A stretch of DNA of 32,000 nt from Acholeplasma laidlawii PG-8A (GCF_000018785.1 NC_010163.1:1410001-1442000), one strand, 5' to 3'. Shown: positions 1 through 9,283, counted from the stretch's first letter. A program made the numbers and translations. Notes: generated from the sequence alone by a model not told the origin.

Positions 1-1108
1 TTGTTTTCATAGTTGAAAACATAAATAAGTAGTCCATAGCACGTGTCATACCAACAAACAATAACCTTCTTTCTTCTTCTGTATTTTTATAAATATTTAT
101 TTTATCATAAGGAAGGTCTTCTATTCCAACAATAAATACAGCCCTAAATTCAAGACCTTTAGATTCATGGAAGCTTAAAAATCTAACACTAAATAAATAA
201 TGTCTTTTAAGTAGTTGTTTTAAGTAAGCTATTTGATAATGATTTCTAAATAAAATAACTGCATCAAATAATTTATATTTTTTAATTAAATTGATAATCT
301 CTTCATACAGTCTATCCTTGTTACCAACATAAGTTATAGGTACATGACTCTTATCTTTAATACCAATTAATCGCTTTTTATAGCGATTCATGTTTTTCTT
401 GATGAGTTTGTTAGATACTTCTAGAATCCATGGATTTGACCGGTAATTCATTTCTAACTTCAGTAATTTTGCAGCGTAATCTTTGATATATTTACCGATA
501 AGTTCTACTCTCGCACCCCTAAATGCATAAATAGATTGGTCAGGGTCTCCTACTGCAAATATATGTACACCTTCTTTAAACATCCTCTTTAGGAGTTCAT
601 ATTGTAGTAGATTGGTATCTTGAAACTCATCTATAAATATATGTTTAAATGGATGATTACCCATATACGGAAATGCTTCAATCATTAGGTCATCAAAATC
701 TAGTAAGTTACGTGTATTTAAGTACGCCTCATATGTATCATATATTTTGGGTTTCTTACTTGTTTTTAAACTATTTTTATAAGTTGCAACCTTAAGTACC
801 TCATCCGGACTAAATTCATTATTATACTCAAATACTTGAAATATTTTATGACTACTTAAGACCTGGTAACAATACCCATGAAAGGTGTGCGTTGCTACAT
901 CATAGCCTTTAAGTCTTTCTTTCATCTCATCGGTTGCTTTATTGGTAAATGTAATACATAAGATTTCATTTGGATCCACTCCATTTAAAATCAACCGCTT
1001 AATTCTTTCCACAATAACTCTAGTTTTTCCACTACCAGCACCTGCAATTAAAAATATACATCTTTCATTAGATGTTACTGCAAGTTCTTGTTCTTTATTT
1101 AATAACAC
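1..1108 (-). CDS. Compact UvrD/Rep/PcrA-like SF1 DNA helicase (N-terminal ~369 aa; C-terminus lies beyond position 1)
   Basis: Absent from the ORF track because it runs off the window edge. Manual minus-strand translation from GTG at 1108 (AGGAGG 7 nt upstream) stays open to position 1: VLLNKEQELAVTSNERCIFLIAGAGSGKTRVIVERIKRL... SF1 motifs are present in order: AGAGSGKT, TFTNKA, DEFQD, GDPDQSIY, NYRS, HESKGLEF, VGMTRA. The + strand ORF 942..1133 is its antisense shadow. Confidence 0.8.
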   Translation of the reverse strand, partial: MLLNKEQELAVTSNERCIFLIAGAGSGKTRVIVERIKRLILNGVDPNEILCITFTNKATDEMKERLKGYDVATHTFHGYCYQVLSSHKIFQVFEYNNEFSPDEVLKVATYKNSLKTSKKPKIYDTYEAYLNTRNLLDFDDLMIEAFPYMGNHPFKHIFIDEFQDTNLLQYELLKRMFKEGVHIFAVGDPDQSIYAFRGARVELIGKYIKDYAAKLLKLEMNYRSNPWILEVSNKLIKKNMNRYKKRLIGIKDKSHVPITYVGNKDRLYEEIINLIKKYKLFDAVILFRNHYQIAYLKQLLKRHYLFSVRFLSFHESKGLEFRAVFIVGIEDLPYDKINIYKNTEEERRLLFVGMTRAMDYLFMFSTMKT

Positions 1109-1164
1109 GTTTATACCTCCTTTAATTTTATAGTAGATATAACATGCTAAAAATACTTTTATAA

Positions 1165-1200
1165 AGTAAAAACCACAATCAAAATTAAAGATTGTGGCTT
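1165..1200 (-). terminator. Rho-independent terminator downstream of the lipoprotein gene
   Basis: Minus-strand hairpin CCACAATC-N9-GATTGTGG (1173..1197) followed by a run of 5 T. It lies 13 nt after the stop at 1213. Confidence 0.7.
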
Positions 1201-1212
1201 ATGTTTAAATAT

Positions 1213-4200
1213 TTATGCGACTGAAACTGTTAGAGTAACATTTTCAGAACTATTATTAAATAAGGATGCAACTGTTAAAGAAACGTTGATTTTACCACCT
1301 TGATTCCATGAGTAAGTATTTAAGTTTAATGTACCACTTGTAAGTAGGTCACTTTGCTTAATGGAACCATTACCTGGAATTGAGTTGTTTTTATCTGCTT
1401 CTAAGATTTGATTGATGAAACTTGAAGCACCTTCGTTATTATTTCTAAAGTATTCTCCCCAAAATACCGGGTTAGATGTAAGTCTTGCATCAATATGATA
1501 CACTACAATACCCGCATTACTTGGAATATATTCTAATCCCGAATGTGCACTATATAATCCGTTTGGTGTATAGAACATAACAAGTAAATATTCGTCAAAT
1601 GCATTACCATCATTTAAATCACTTGAGTTAAACGGAATTAATAATGTACTGTTTAAACCATCTGTATCTGTTGAGTAACTATCAAGTGTTACTTGATAAG
1701 TTCCTTTTTGAGCTACAAGTGGTTGTAACCAACCAAATACTAATTTATTAAATGGACCATGATCACCTGCATTATAATCCATCATGTCAAATCCACCCAT
1801 TGGTCCATATTGGTTGTTGCCTTCATATGGATAGAAATCTACTATACCCATTAAGTGACCAAGTTCATGAATGTATGTTTCACTGTTTAATATGAGATCA
1901 CTATTTCCTGGTAATGCATCATTCATGAAATCATAACTTGCCCAGAAATAGTATTCAAAGTTTTTACCATCTAATTCACTAACGCTACCAACGATATCTG
2001 GGTTAGATACATATACCCAAGCCCACCATGGATCCACATCATAATTGTAATCAGTTGAATAAATAAAGATGATTGAATCAATGACACCGTCATTATTAGA
2101 GTCATATTTACTAAAATCAATTGTACTATCAAGTGCTGTTAATGCATCTAAAATAGCATACTGATCACCATCTTGACCTTTACCTTCATAGAAGGCTTTC
2201 ACATTGCTTGTTACGTGTTTATCTAAGATATCAAAATTTAAATCAAGTAAACCAAAACTACTCTTATAGTAATAACTTGAAACACTTTCCCAACCTGTAT
2301 CTAGACTTGTACCATTAAATACTTTATCTAGTTTGGTTTTATAACTTGCTTCAAATGGTACATTTTGAATTTCAACTGGTACAACTAGCACATCATATGT
2401 ACCAGTTGAAGGTAAACCTGACATACCAAATTGAGAAACTTCGTATTCATTAATGGATTGACGTTTTGAAAGTGTTTCTAAAACAACATCGTCCATTACC
2501 GCATCAAATTGGTAGATATACACTTCTAAACTTTCAGTACCTTTAATGATGTACATTGCATATGCTAAATCATCATTGACAACATATACATAAACATCAT
2601 GTCCTCTTACTAAGGATAAGTCATCATTTTTTTCAAATGATTTGTTTAATATGAGGTTGATGTAGGATGTGTATAAAGTGTTTACATCTAAAGTTGTTGA
2701 ACCAACAACTTTAAAGGATTTGTCACTTACTTTAGTTACTTTTAAATTAGTTAGATCTGCAAAATCAGGCATATAAGTATTGAAATCTAAATCATCAAAC
2801 TTAGCTTCTAAATCAGTTACCACGTCACTCCATAATTCATAAACTGGAGCTGGTGCATTTCCCGTTAATAAATTCACATTAAAGATCATGAATTGACCAC
2901 CGTTAGATGTAGCACCTGTACCTTGGAATAACAATCTAAACTTAGATGCATTAATACCAGAAATAGTAATTAGTGTTTTACTTGAAGCAATTTGGCTGTA
3001 GAAATTTCCACCAGCTAAATCTGTCCAAACACCATTATTAAATACTTGTAGTTTAGCACCTGCTAAGTTTGGACTAAAGCCTGTTCTTCCTTGTATTTCA
3101 AAACTCATTGTATCAATTAAGTTACCTAGTGCATCTATTTCTAGATATACTGTTGGGTTTGCATTTCCACTTACATTAGCTGCAAAAATCTTACCCAATG
3201 ATAAACCACCTGGTGCGGTTTGAGTAATATTTGCTATATGACTTGCTTTTACGATTACCTTATTTGTGTTGTTAGCAAAATTTAGTGTAACATCAATATT
3301 ATTTCTATAACTTCCGTCTAAAGTACTTGTTGTATCTTGAACATTAAAGCTATAATACTCACCTATTTCAGGTTCAACTGGATCTACCGGTGTAGTACCT
3401 GCTTTATCCCCATAAATAGCTAAACCAAATACGGTTAGACCAGGATATGTTTCTTCATCAATGAAGATATATGCAAAATAGTCACCTAGTTTATACGCGT
3501 CTTCTGTTGCATCATATGCTAAACTACCGCTAAGTAGTGCATCATATGCATCAGCATCTGCATCTAACCATGTAAAGATATCCACATAGACTTCAACATA
3601 TGTTTCATCACTTAAGTCAGTAATTAGTACATCTTCTGAAACAATTGCCGGTAATAATGCGTAAATATCAAATCCAAAAATGCCATTTAATTCATCTTTA
3701 TCAAAAGGAGCTCCAACCGGATCGACTGGATCAACCGGTGTAGTACCTGCTTTATCCCCATAAATAGCTAAACCAAATACGGTTAGACCAGGATATGTTT
3801 CTTCATCAATGAAGATATATGCAAAATAGTCACCTAGTTTATACGCGTCTTCTGTTGCATCATATGCTAAACTACCGCTAAGTAGTGCATCATATGCATC
3901 AGCATCTGCATCTAACCATGTAAAGATATCCACATAGACTTCAATATATGTTTCATCACTTAAGTCAGTAATTAGTACATCCTCTGAAATAATTGCCGGT
4001 AATAAAGCGTAAATATCAAATCCAAAAATACCGTTTAATTCATCTTTATCAAAAGGAGCTCCAACCGGATCCACTGGATCAACTGGTGTTTCATCTTCTA
4101 AATATTGATATATTCCAATACCATAAATAATTGAACCAGGAACAATCTCATCATCTGCATAAAGATAAATAAATAGTTCTCCTAATATATATGCATCTTC

Positions 4201-5136
4201 TAAGGCATCATAAGTTAATAAATTTTCTAATAAGGCATCATAAGCCATTAAATCAGATTCTGTCCAATCAAAAACATCGATATAGACATCATTAAATAAG
4301 TCGTTTGAGTTATCAATCACTTCATAATCGCTTGTTACAATTTCAGGAATTAATGCATATACATCAAGTCCAAAAATACTGTTAAGTAATGCTGGATTAA
4401 AAGTTGTTCCAGAAGTAATTGGAACTTCTTTAAATTGTGCAACATAAACTATATCTGCTGTGGCTGCTACAACTGCCTTATCCCAACCAGTAAACTCAAA
4501 TGTATGTGTAAGTGTTGCTTCCTTTGTTGGTGTTTGACCAGTATATGCAGGTACTACCCCTGATGCAACTTCTACCGTTTGTAAAACCGCGTTATCATGG
4601 TTTTTAAAGCTAATTTCGAAAGTTTCTACTTCCCCTAAATTTTCCCACTTAGCGTAAAAACTCTTATGTTCTGTAGAACCGACTTCTACTTTATCTACAA
4701 AACTTGCTTCAGTATTTGATATAGACCATCCTAAGAATTTAAATCCCTCTTTAGTAGGCGTTAATAAATTGACTTCATCTAGTATTGTAAACTTGGATAC
4801 TTGTTCAGGATGAATCACACCACCATCTAGGTGTAATGTAATTGTATATTCAGTGATTGTCCATTTTGCATATAATGTCACTGAACTTGTAATATCAGTT
4901 GATAATTTAGAACCTTCATTTAAATCACTTTCTAAATACCAACTATTAAAAGTATATCCTGATTTTTCAGGTACTACTTTTTCAATCTCTGCTAAAGCAT
5001 AACTTTTTTCAAACTCAATGGCTTGAATATCATTTCCACCATTGGTTTCAAAAACAATTTTATAAGCAGTTAATTCTGTACACGCTATTAACACGAGTGT
5101 CATCAATAACGTAAAGATGATGCTAATTTTCTTCAT
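1213..5136 (-). CDS. Large surface lipoprotein: Listeria-Bacteroides repeats, three ~116-aa acidic repeats, a beta-sandwich-like region and a C-terminal M6 (immune inhibitor A-like) zinc metalloprotease domain
   Basis: 1307-aa ORF. Signal peptide with lipobox LVLIAC (Cys19). YKIVFETNGG...GYTFNSWY...VTLYAKW and a second copy match the Listeria-Bacteroides (Flg_new) repeat. HELGH zinc motif at 1855..1869, within ...DSNNDGVIDSIIFIYS...YIHELGHLMGIVDFY...GGFDMMD...FGWLQP, which is typical of the M6 peptidase domain. Confidence 0.85.
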   Translation of the reverse strand: MKKISIIFTLLMTLVLIACTELTAYKIVFETNGGNDIQAIEFEKSYALAEIEKVVPEKSGYTFNSWYLESDLNEGSKLSTDITSSVTLYAKWTITEYTITLHLDGGVIHPEQVSKFTILDEVNLLTPTKEGFKFLGWSISNTEASFVDKVEVGSTEHKSFYAKWENLGEVETFEISFKNHDNAVLQTVEVASGVVPAYTGQTPTKEATLTHTFEFTGWDKAVVAATADIVYVAQFKEVPITSGTTFNPALLNSIFGLDVYALIPEIVTSDYEVIDNSNDLFNDVYIDVFDWTESDLMAYDALLENLLTYDALEDAYILGELFIYLYADDEIVPGSIIYGIGIYQYLEDETPVDPVDPVGAPFDKDELNGIFGFDIYALLPAIISEDVLITDLSDETYIEVYVDIFTWLDADADAYDALLSGSLAYDATEDAYKLGDYFAYIFIDEETYPGLTVFGLAIYGDKAGTTPVDPVDPVGAPFDKDELNGIFGFDIYALLPAIVSEDVLITDLSDETYVEVYVDIFTWLDADADAYDALLSGSLAYDATEDAYKLGDYFAYIFIDEETYPGLTVFGLAIYGDKAGTTPVDPVEPEIGEYYSFNVQDTTSTLDGSYRNNIDVTLNFANNTNKVIVKASHIANITQTAPGGLSLGKIFAANVSGNANPTVYLEIDALGNLIDTMSFEIQGRTGFSPNLAGAKLQVFNNGVWTDLAGGNFYSQIASSKTLITISGINASKFRLLFQGTGATSNGGQFMIFNVNLLTGNAPAPVYELWSDVVTDLEAKFDDLDFNTYMPDFADLTNLKVTKVSDKSFKVVGSTTLDVNTLYTSYINLILNKSFEKNDDLSLVRGHDVYVYVVNDDLAYAMYIIKGTESLEVYIYQFDAVMDDVVLETLSKRQSINEYEVSQFGMSGLPSTGTYDVLVVPVEIQNVPFEASYKTKLDKVFNGTSLDTGWESVSSYYYKSSFGLLDLNFDILDKHVTSNVKAFYEGKGQDGDQYAILDALTALDSTIDFSKYDSNNDGVIDSIIFIYSTDYNYDVDPWWAWVYVSNPDIVGSVSELDGKNFEYYFWASYDFMNDALPGNSDLILNSETYIHELGHLMGIVDFYPYEGNNQYGPMGGFDMMDYNAGDHGPFNKLVFGWLQPLVAQKGTYQVTLDSYSTDTDGLNSTLLIPFNSSDLNDGNAFDEYLLVMFYTPNGLYSAHSGLEYIPSNAGIVVYHIDARLTSNPVFWGEYFRNNNEGASSFINQILEADKNNSIPGNGSIKQSDLLTSGTLNLNTYSWNQGGKINVSLTVASLFNNSSENVTLTVSVA
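3370..4090. repeat. Two near-identical tandem 348-bp copies (116 codons each) inside the lipoprotein CDS
   Basis: The unit starting tgtagtacctgctttatcccc occurs at 3391 and again at 3739 (period 348 bp). I count about 8 mismatches by eye. It encodes GAPFDKDELNGIFGFDIYALLPAI...GLAIYGDKAGTTPVDPVDPV twice. Confidence 0.9.
4087..4416. repeat. Third, diverged copy of the same ~116-aa module (similar at protein level only)
   Basis: TFNPALLNSIFGLDVYALIPEIV...AYDALLENLLTYDALEDAYILGELFIYLYADDE...PVDPVDPV aligns with the two downstream repeats. Confidence 0.7.
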
Positions 5137-5179
5137 AAAATTCTCTCTTTCTTATGTAAATAATTTATGCGTAACAGTT

Positions 5180-5208
5180 ATAATAGCATGTTTAATCGAA
5201 CTTGTAAA
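5180..5208 (-). promoter_or_regulatory. Sigma-A type promoter for the lipoprotein gene
   Basis: Minus strand reads TTTACA (5208..5203), 17-nt spacer, TATTAT (5185..5180), with TG at the extended -10 position. It lies about 45 nt upstream of the ATG. Confidence 0.5.
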
Positions 5209-5247
5209 CGAAACTAATTTCAAACATACTTAAAAAGATAAAAATTC

Positions 5248-5285
5248 ATAAAAATAAGCATGCGATTTTTTCTAATCGCATGCTT
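5248..5285 (-). terminator. Rho-independent terminator downstream of pcrA
   Basis: Perfect 12-bp hairpin AAGCATGCGATT / AATCGCATGCTT (5256..5285) followed by a T-run on the minus strand. Confidence 0.75.
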
Positions 5286-5289
5286 AATT

Positions 5290-7401
5290 TCAGTTTTTCT
5301 TAATACTTGGATGTGACTCTAATAATTGTTTAATACCATGAGGCATACTAAATGCGATTGTTGCAATATCTTTATCTACACTCACTACAATACCTTTACC
5401 AAATACTTGGTGTGTGACACTATCACCAGGTTTTAGGTAGTTACTACTTGTTGATTGTTGTGGTGTGTAGTTACCCTTTTTAGTAAAGACTTCTTGTTCA
5501 GGCATCATTTCTTTTAAGAACCTAGATGGTCTTGGATAAATTAATGCGCCATATAATAATCTTTTCTCACTACGGGTTAAGTAAAGTCTTTCTTTAGCTC
5601 TTGTAACACCTACATAGGCGATACGTCTTTCTTCTTCTAGTTCATTTAAGTCCATAAAGGATTGACTTGAAGGGAAAATTTGTTCTTCCATAACCGTCAT
5701 AAATACCACTTTAAATTCTAAGCCTTTAACTTGGTGGAAGGTTGAGAGTACTACTGCATCACTGACCTTATTTCTATCAAGGTCACTATAAAGTGCAATT
5801 TGATCTAAAAGCTGCATGAGCTTTTCAAGGAAGGTTCCCTCATAATAGGCTTCAGCTTGAACAAATGGGTTCTTTAATTCTTTAATGTATTCAATACGTT
5901 CTTCTGAGTATTCATCTTTATCCGTTTCAAGCATTTGATTATAGCCTGTTTTATAGGCTACATAATCCACTACTTTGCCTAACTCAGTAAAGTTTTGAAA
6001 GTCAAATTTCATTTCTAAAATTAGGGTTTTAAACTCAAGTAGGGACTGTTTTGTTTTACCGGATATATCAAATGAATCAATGGCATCAAACATCGACATG
6101 TTATGTTCTTTCGCATAACTTTGAAGTTTGTTTAATGTAGTTGGTCCAATAGCTCTTCTTGGTGTATTAATAATACGCATTAAATAAAAGTCTAAGTTAG
6201 GATCTACAACTAATCTAATGTAGGCTAGAATATCTTTAATTTCTTTTCTTTGATAAAAAGATATACCACCATATAACACATAAGGAATATTGTATTTCAT
6301 GAAGACGTCTTCAAAACTTCTACTTAAGGCATTATTTCTATATAAAATAGCAATATCAGAATATTTATAACCACCATCTTTGATAAGTGTTTCAATTTCA
6401 TTGGCAATCATTTGAGCTTCGTTTAAATCGCTTTGTGCTGACCAGATAAATGGTTTTAAACCATTTCCCAAATCTGTTTCAAGTGATTTTGAAAAGGGTC
6501 TATTTTTATTGCTAGTAATTAACTTATTAGCAAACTTTAATATTTCTTTAGTTGATCTATAGTTTAAGTCTAGAACAATCTCTGCTTTACTACCGTCTTC
6601 ATTTTTAAAGTCATTTAAAAAGAATTTGGCATTATCATAGTTTGCACCACGAAAGGCGTAGATTGATTGATCAGGGTCCCCTACCACAAATAGATTTTTT
6701 TGCTTTCCCGCAAGTAGTTTCATCATTTTATACTGTAGATGGTCTGTATCTTGGAACTCATCGACTAAAATAAAGTTAAATTTGTTTTGATAGTACTCTA
6801 ATATATGTTGATGTTCATCAAATAACTTATAGGTAAGTATTTGAAGATCATCAAAATCTAGTAAATTATTGGTGATGAGCTCATGTGTATATTTTTCTAA
6901 TACCAATCTTTCATTCGCATTATCAAAATAATCGATATTTAGATGCTTAAATAAAGATATTTTATGTCTTATAGCGTTTGCTTTATAAGATTTAGTGTCT
7001 AGGTTTAAATCTTTAATAATCTTTCTAACCATCGCTTTAGCATCATCTTCATCGATGATGTTAAAGTTAACGGTATAACCCATTTTTAGATGTTCAATAT
7101 CTCTTCTTAAGACTTTGACGCCAAACGCGTGGAATGTATATATCCATGTATTTGTCGCATAAGGTCCAGCCATTTCAACGATACGTTCTTTCATTTCTCT
7201 GGCTGCTTTATTGGTAAATGTTACCGCTAAGATACTATCTGGGGCTACGCCTAGTTCTTCAATTAAATATGCAATTCTAGTGGTTAGTGTTCTAGTTTTA
7301 CCGGTACCGGCACCTGCAACGACAAAAAGAGGGCCACTTATATGGGTGGCCGCCTTCTTTTGTTGTGGGTTTAATTGTTCTAACCAATTAGTCATCTTCA
7401 T
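5290..7401 (-). CDS. pcrA: ATP-dependent DNA helicase PcrA (UvrD family)
   Basis: 703 aa with the full SF1 motif set (AGAGTGKT, TFTNKAAREM, DEFQDT, GDPDQSIYAFRGA, LNYRST, TFHQVKGLEF, VGVTRAK) and a C-terminal Tudor-like tail (GDSVTHQVFGKGIVV). Confidence 0.95.
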   Translation of the reverse strand: MKMTNWLEQLNPQQKKAATHISGPLFVVAGAGTGKTRTLTTRIAYLIEELGVAPDSILAVTFTNKAAREMKERIVEMAGPYATNTWIYTFHAFGVKVLRRDIEHLKMGYTVNFNIIDEDDAKAMVRKIIKDLNLDTKSYKANAIRHKISLFKHLNIDYFDNANERLVLEKYTHELITNNLLDFDDLQILTYKLFDEHQHILEYYQNKFNFILVDEFQDTDHLQYKMMKLLAGKQKNLFVVGDPDQSIYAFRGANYDNAKFFLNDFKNEDGSKAEIVLDLNYRSTKEILKFANKLITSNKNRPFSKSLETDLGNGLKPFIWSAQSDLNEAQMIANEIETLIKDGGYKYSDIAILYRNNALSRSFEDVFMKYNIPYVLYGGISFYQRKEIKDILAYIRLVVDPNLDFYLMRIINTPRRAIGPTTLNKLQSYAKEHNMSMFDAIDSFDISGKTKQSLLEFKTLILEMKFDFQNFTELGKVVDYVAYKTGYNQMLETDKDEYSEERIEYIKELKNPFVQAEAYYEGTFLEKLMQLLDQIALYSDLDRNKVSDAVVLSTFHQVKGLEFKVVFMTVMEEQIFPSSQSFMDLNELEEERRIAYVGVTRAKERLYLTRSEKRLLYGALIYPRPSRFLKEMMPEQEVFTKKGNYTPQQSTSSNYLKPGDSVTHQVFGKGIVVSVDKDIATIAFSMPHGIKQLLESHPSIKKN

Positions 7402-7402
7402 A

Positions 7403-9031
7403 TTATTTATAACTTTTCTTAAGCGCTACAATTTCATTAAATATGTATTTATTATCGTTATTGTAGTAACAGTTGAAATATCCATTTCTAATGAATTGGA
7501 ATTTTTCTTCATGTAATACATCTTTTAAGCTACCTTCAATAAAACCTTGTTTTACTGCTAAGGATTCTGTGTTAAATCTTTCTTCTAATGGTAGTGAACT
7601 ATCATTTTTAAGTAGTTGACCAAAGAAGTTAAAAGTTGCAGGAATTGCTGTTGTTGCTTCTACAAAATGAATGGTCCCATCAGGTTTTCTTTCACTAAAA
7701 CCAGAACCTGATAATGTCGCTACATCATAAGTTGCAAGTATTTCTGTAATATTACCTTCACTATCTTTAACTACATCATTTGCTTGAATAAAGTATGTAT
7801 GGAATAATCTAACTTCTCTACCTAAAGATAGACGTTTGTACTTCTTATCAGGTCTTTCTTCTAAGAAGTCTTCTCTATCAATATAGATGTGTTTAGAAAA
7901 TGCTATTTTTCTGCTACCTAGTGATTCATTTTCACTGTGGAACGGTACATCAAAATATTCAATTTTGTCTTCTGGATAGTTTGTAATTGTAACTTTAATC
8001 GGATCAATGACTGCAAATGCACGTTTAGCACGCATATTCAAATCATCTCTAACAAATGATTCAAGCATGTCCAGTTCGACTTCACTATTTACTTTACCTA
8101 ATCCAGTTGCCAAAATAAACGCTCTAATAGCTTCTTTGGTATAACCTTTTTTACGTAAACCAGAAAGTGTTGGCATTCTAGGATCATCCCAACCAGTTAC
8201 TAGTTTAGAATCTACAAGTTGTTTTAAATATCTTTTTGACATGACTGTATTTTCAATACCTAAACGTCCAAACTCGATTTGTCTAGGAACTAAAGGCATT
8301 TCAGTTTCTTTAACAACCCAGTCATATAATGGTCTATGGTCTTCAAACTCTAAAGAACATAAAGAGTGTGTAATACCCTCAATGGCATCCTCAATCGGAT
8401 GAGCATAGTCATACATAGGATAAATCTTCCATTTATCTTTAGTATTATGATGTGTTGCAAAATTGATTCTGTATAAAACAGGATCACGCATATTCATGTT
8501 TGAACTTGTCATATCAATTTTTGCACGAAGTACTTTGGAACCTTCTGGATATTTTCCTTCTTCCATTTCTTCAAATAATTTCAAGTTTTCTTCAACAGTT
8601 CTATTTCTATAAGGAGACTCAATACCCGGTGTGACAACATCGCCTCTTGTTTTAGATATTTCTTCAGCAGTTTGATCATCTACGTAAGCTAAACCTTTTT
8701 TAATTAGTAACTTAGCACGTTCAAACATTTCTGTAAAATAATCACTTGCAAAATAAATAGCTGAAGGTTCATAACCTAACCATCTAACATCACGTTCGAT
8801 TGCTTCTACATATATCGAATCTTCCTTAGATGGATTCGTATCATCATATCTAAGATTTGTTTTTCCGTTAAACACTTTAGCGAGTTCAAAGTTAGTAATA
8901 ATTGCTCTAGCATGACCAATATGTAAAAAACCATTTGGTTCTGGCGGAAAGCGTGTGATAATCTCTTTATGTTTGCCCGTTTCTAAATCATTTTCCATAA
9001 TTGTTTTTATAAAATTTGATTGATTTTCCAT
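7403..9031 (-). CDS. glnS: Glutaminyl-tRNA synthetase
   Basis: Class I signatures FLHIGHARA (HIGH) and VMSKR (KMSKS). The N-terminus MENQSNFIKTIMENDLETGKH...RFPPEPNG is collinear with the GlnRS family. I prefer the ATG at 9031 (GAGGTG 6 nt upstream) to the track's 9070. The stop TAA at 7405..7403 is 1 nt from the pcrA ATG. Confidence 0.92.
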   Translation of the reverse strand: MENQSNFIKTIMENDLETGKHKEIITRFPPEPNGFLHIGHARAIITNFELAKVFNGKTNLRYDDTNPSKEDSIYVEAIERDVRWLGYEPSAIYFASDYFTEMFERAKLLIKKGLAYVDDQTAEEISKTRGDVVTPGIESPYRNRTVEENLKLFEEMEEGKYPEGSKVLRAKIDMTSSNMNMRDPVLYRINFATHHNTKDKWKIYPMYDYAHPIEDAIEGITHSLCSLEFEDHRPLYDWVVKETEMPLVPRQIEFGRLGIENTVMSKRYLKQLVDSKLVTGWDDPRMPTLSGLRKKGYTKEAIRAFILATGLGKVNSEVELDMLESFVRDDLNMRAKRAFAVIDPIKVTITNYPEDKIEYFDVPFHSENESLGSRKIAFSKHIYIDREDFLEERPDKKYKRLSLGREVRLFHTYFIQANDVVKDSEGNITEILATYDVATLSGSGFSERKPDGTIHFVEATTAIPATFNFFGQLLKNDSSLPLEERFNTESLAVKQGFIEGSLKDVLHEEKFQFIRNGYFNCYYNNDNKYIFNEIVALKKSYK

Positions 9032-9240
9032 ATATTTCACCTCTTCATAATCTTCAAGTTCATGCATCATTCTAAATCTTTTAATTTATTAATTTTGTTA
9101 ATTTAAATCGTCATTTAATACATCATCATTTATATCTATTCTAAATAGAATATTTACAACATGATTATACTTATTATATCATATCAAATGGTATAAATTA
9201 GTATGTTATCAAGGAAATATTTGAATATTTTAAAGCCTTT

Positions 9241-9283
9241 ATAAATAAAGTGAAGGAACATGTTTTAAAGTCATGTCCCTTCA
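9241..9283 (-). terminator. Rho-independent terminator downstream of the 551-aa gene
   Basis: 12-bp stem TGAAGGGACATG / CATGTTCCTTCA (one G-U pair) with a 9-nt loop and T-rich flanks on both strands. Confidence 0.7.

Noticed and set aside
942-1133. 63-aa + strand ORF from the track
   Set aside because: It is antisense to the Walker-A region of the minus-strand helicase. Its PLPAPA motif is simply the reverse-frame reading of AGAGSGK, and the same artefact appears at 7211..7516 opposite pcrA.
2626-2632. Homopolymeric A7/T7 tract inside the lipoprotein CDS, considered as a slipped-strand phase-variation switch; similar 7-mers occur in pcrA and the S1-domain gene
   Set aside because: Tracts of 7 occur equally in housekeeping genes here, and the length is below that of typical contingency loci.
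7211-7516. 101-aa + strand ORF spanning the pcrA/glnS junction
   Set aside because: It is a shadow ORF antisense to two strongly supported genes, with low-complexity hydrophobic content and no RBS.
9071-9240. Possible T-box leader upstream of glnS (a 240-nt AT-rich spacer before an aminoacyl-tRNA synthetase gene)
   Set aside because: I found no T-box sequence (AAnnnGGGTGGTACCGCG-like), no specifier-loop architecture and no terminator/antiterminator pair. Only AT-rich promoter-like TATAAT elements are present.
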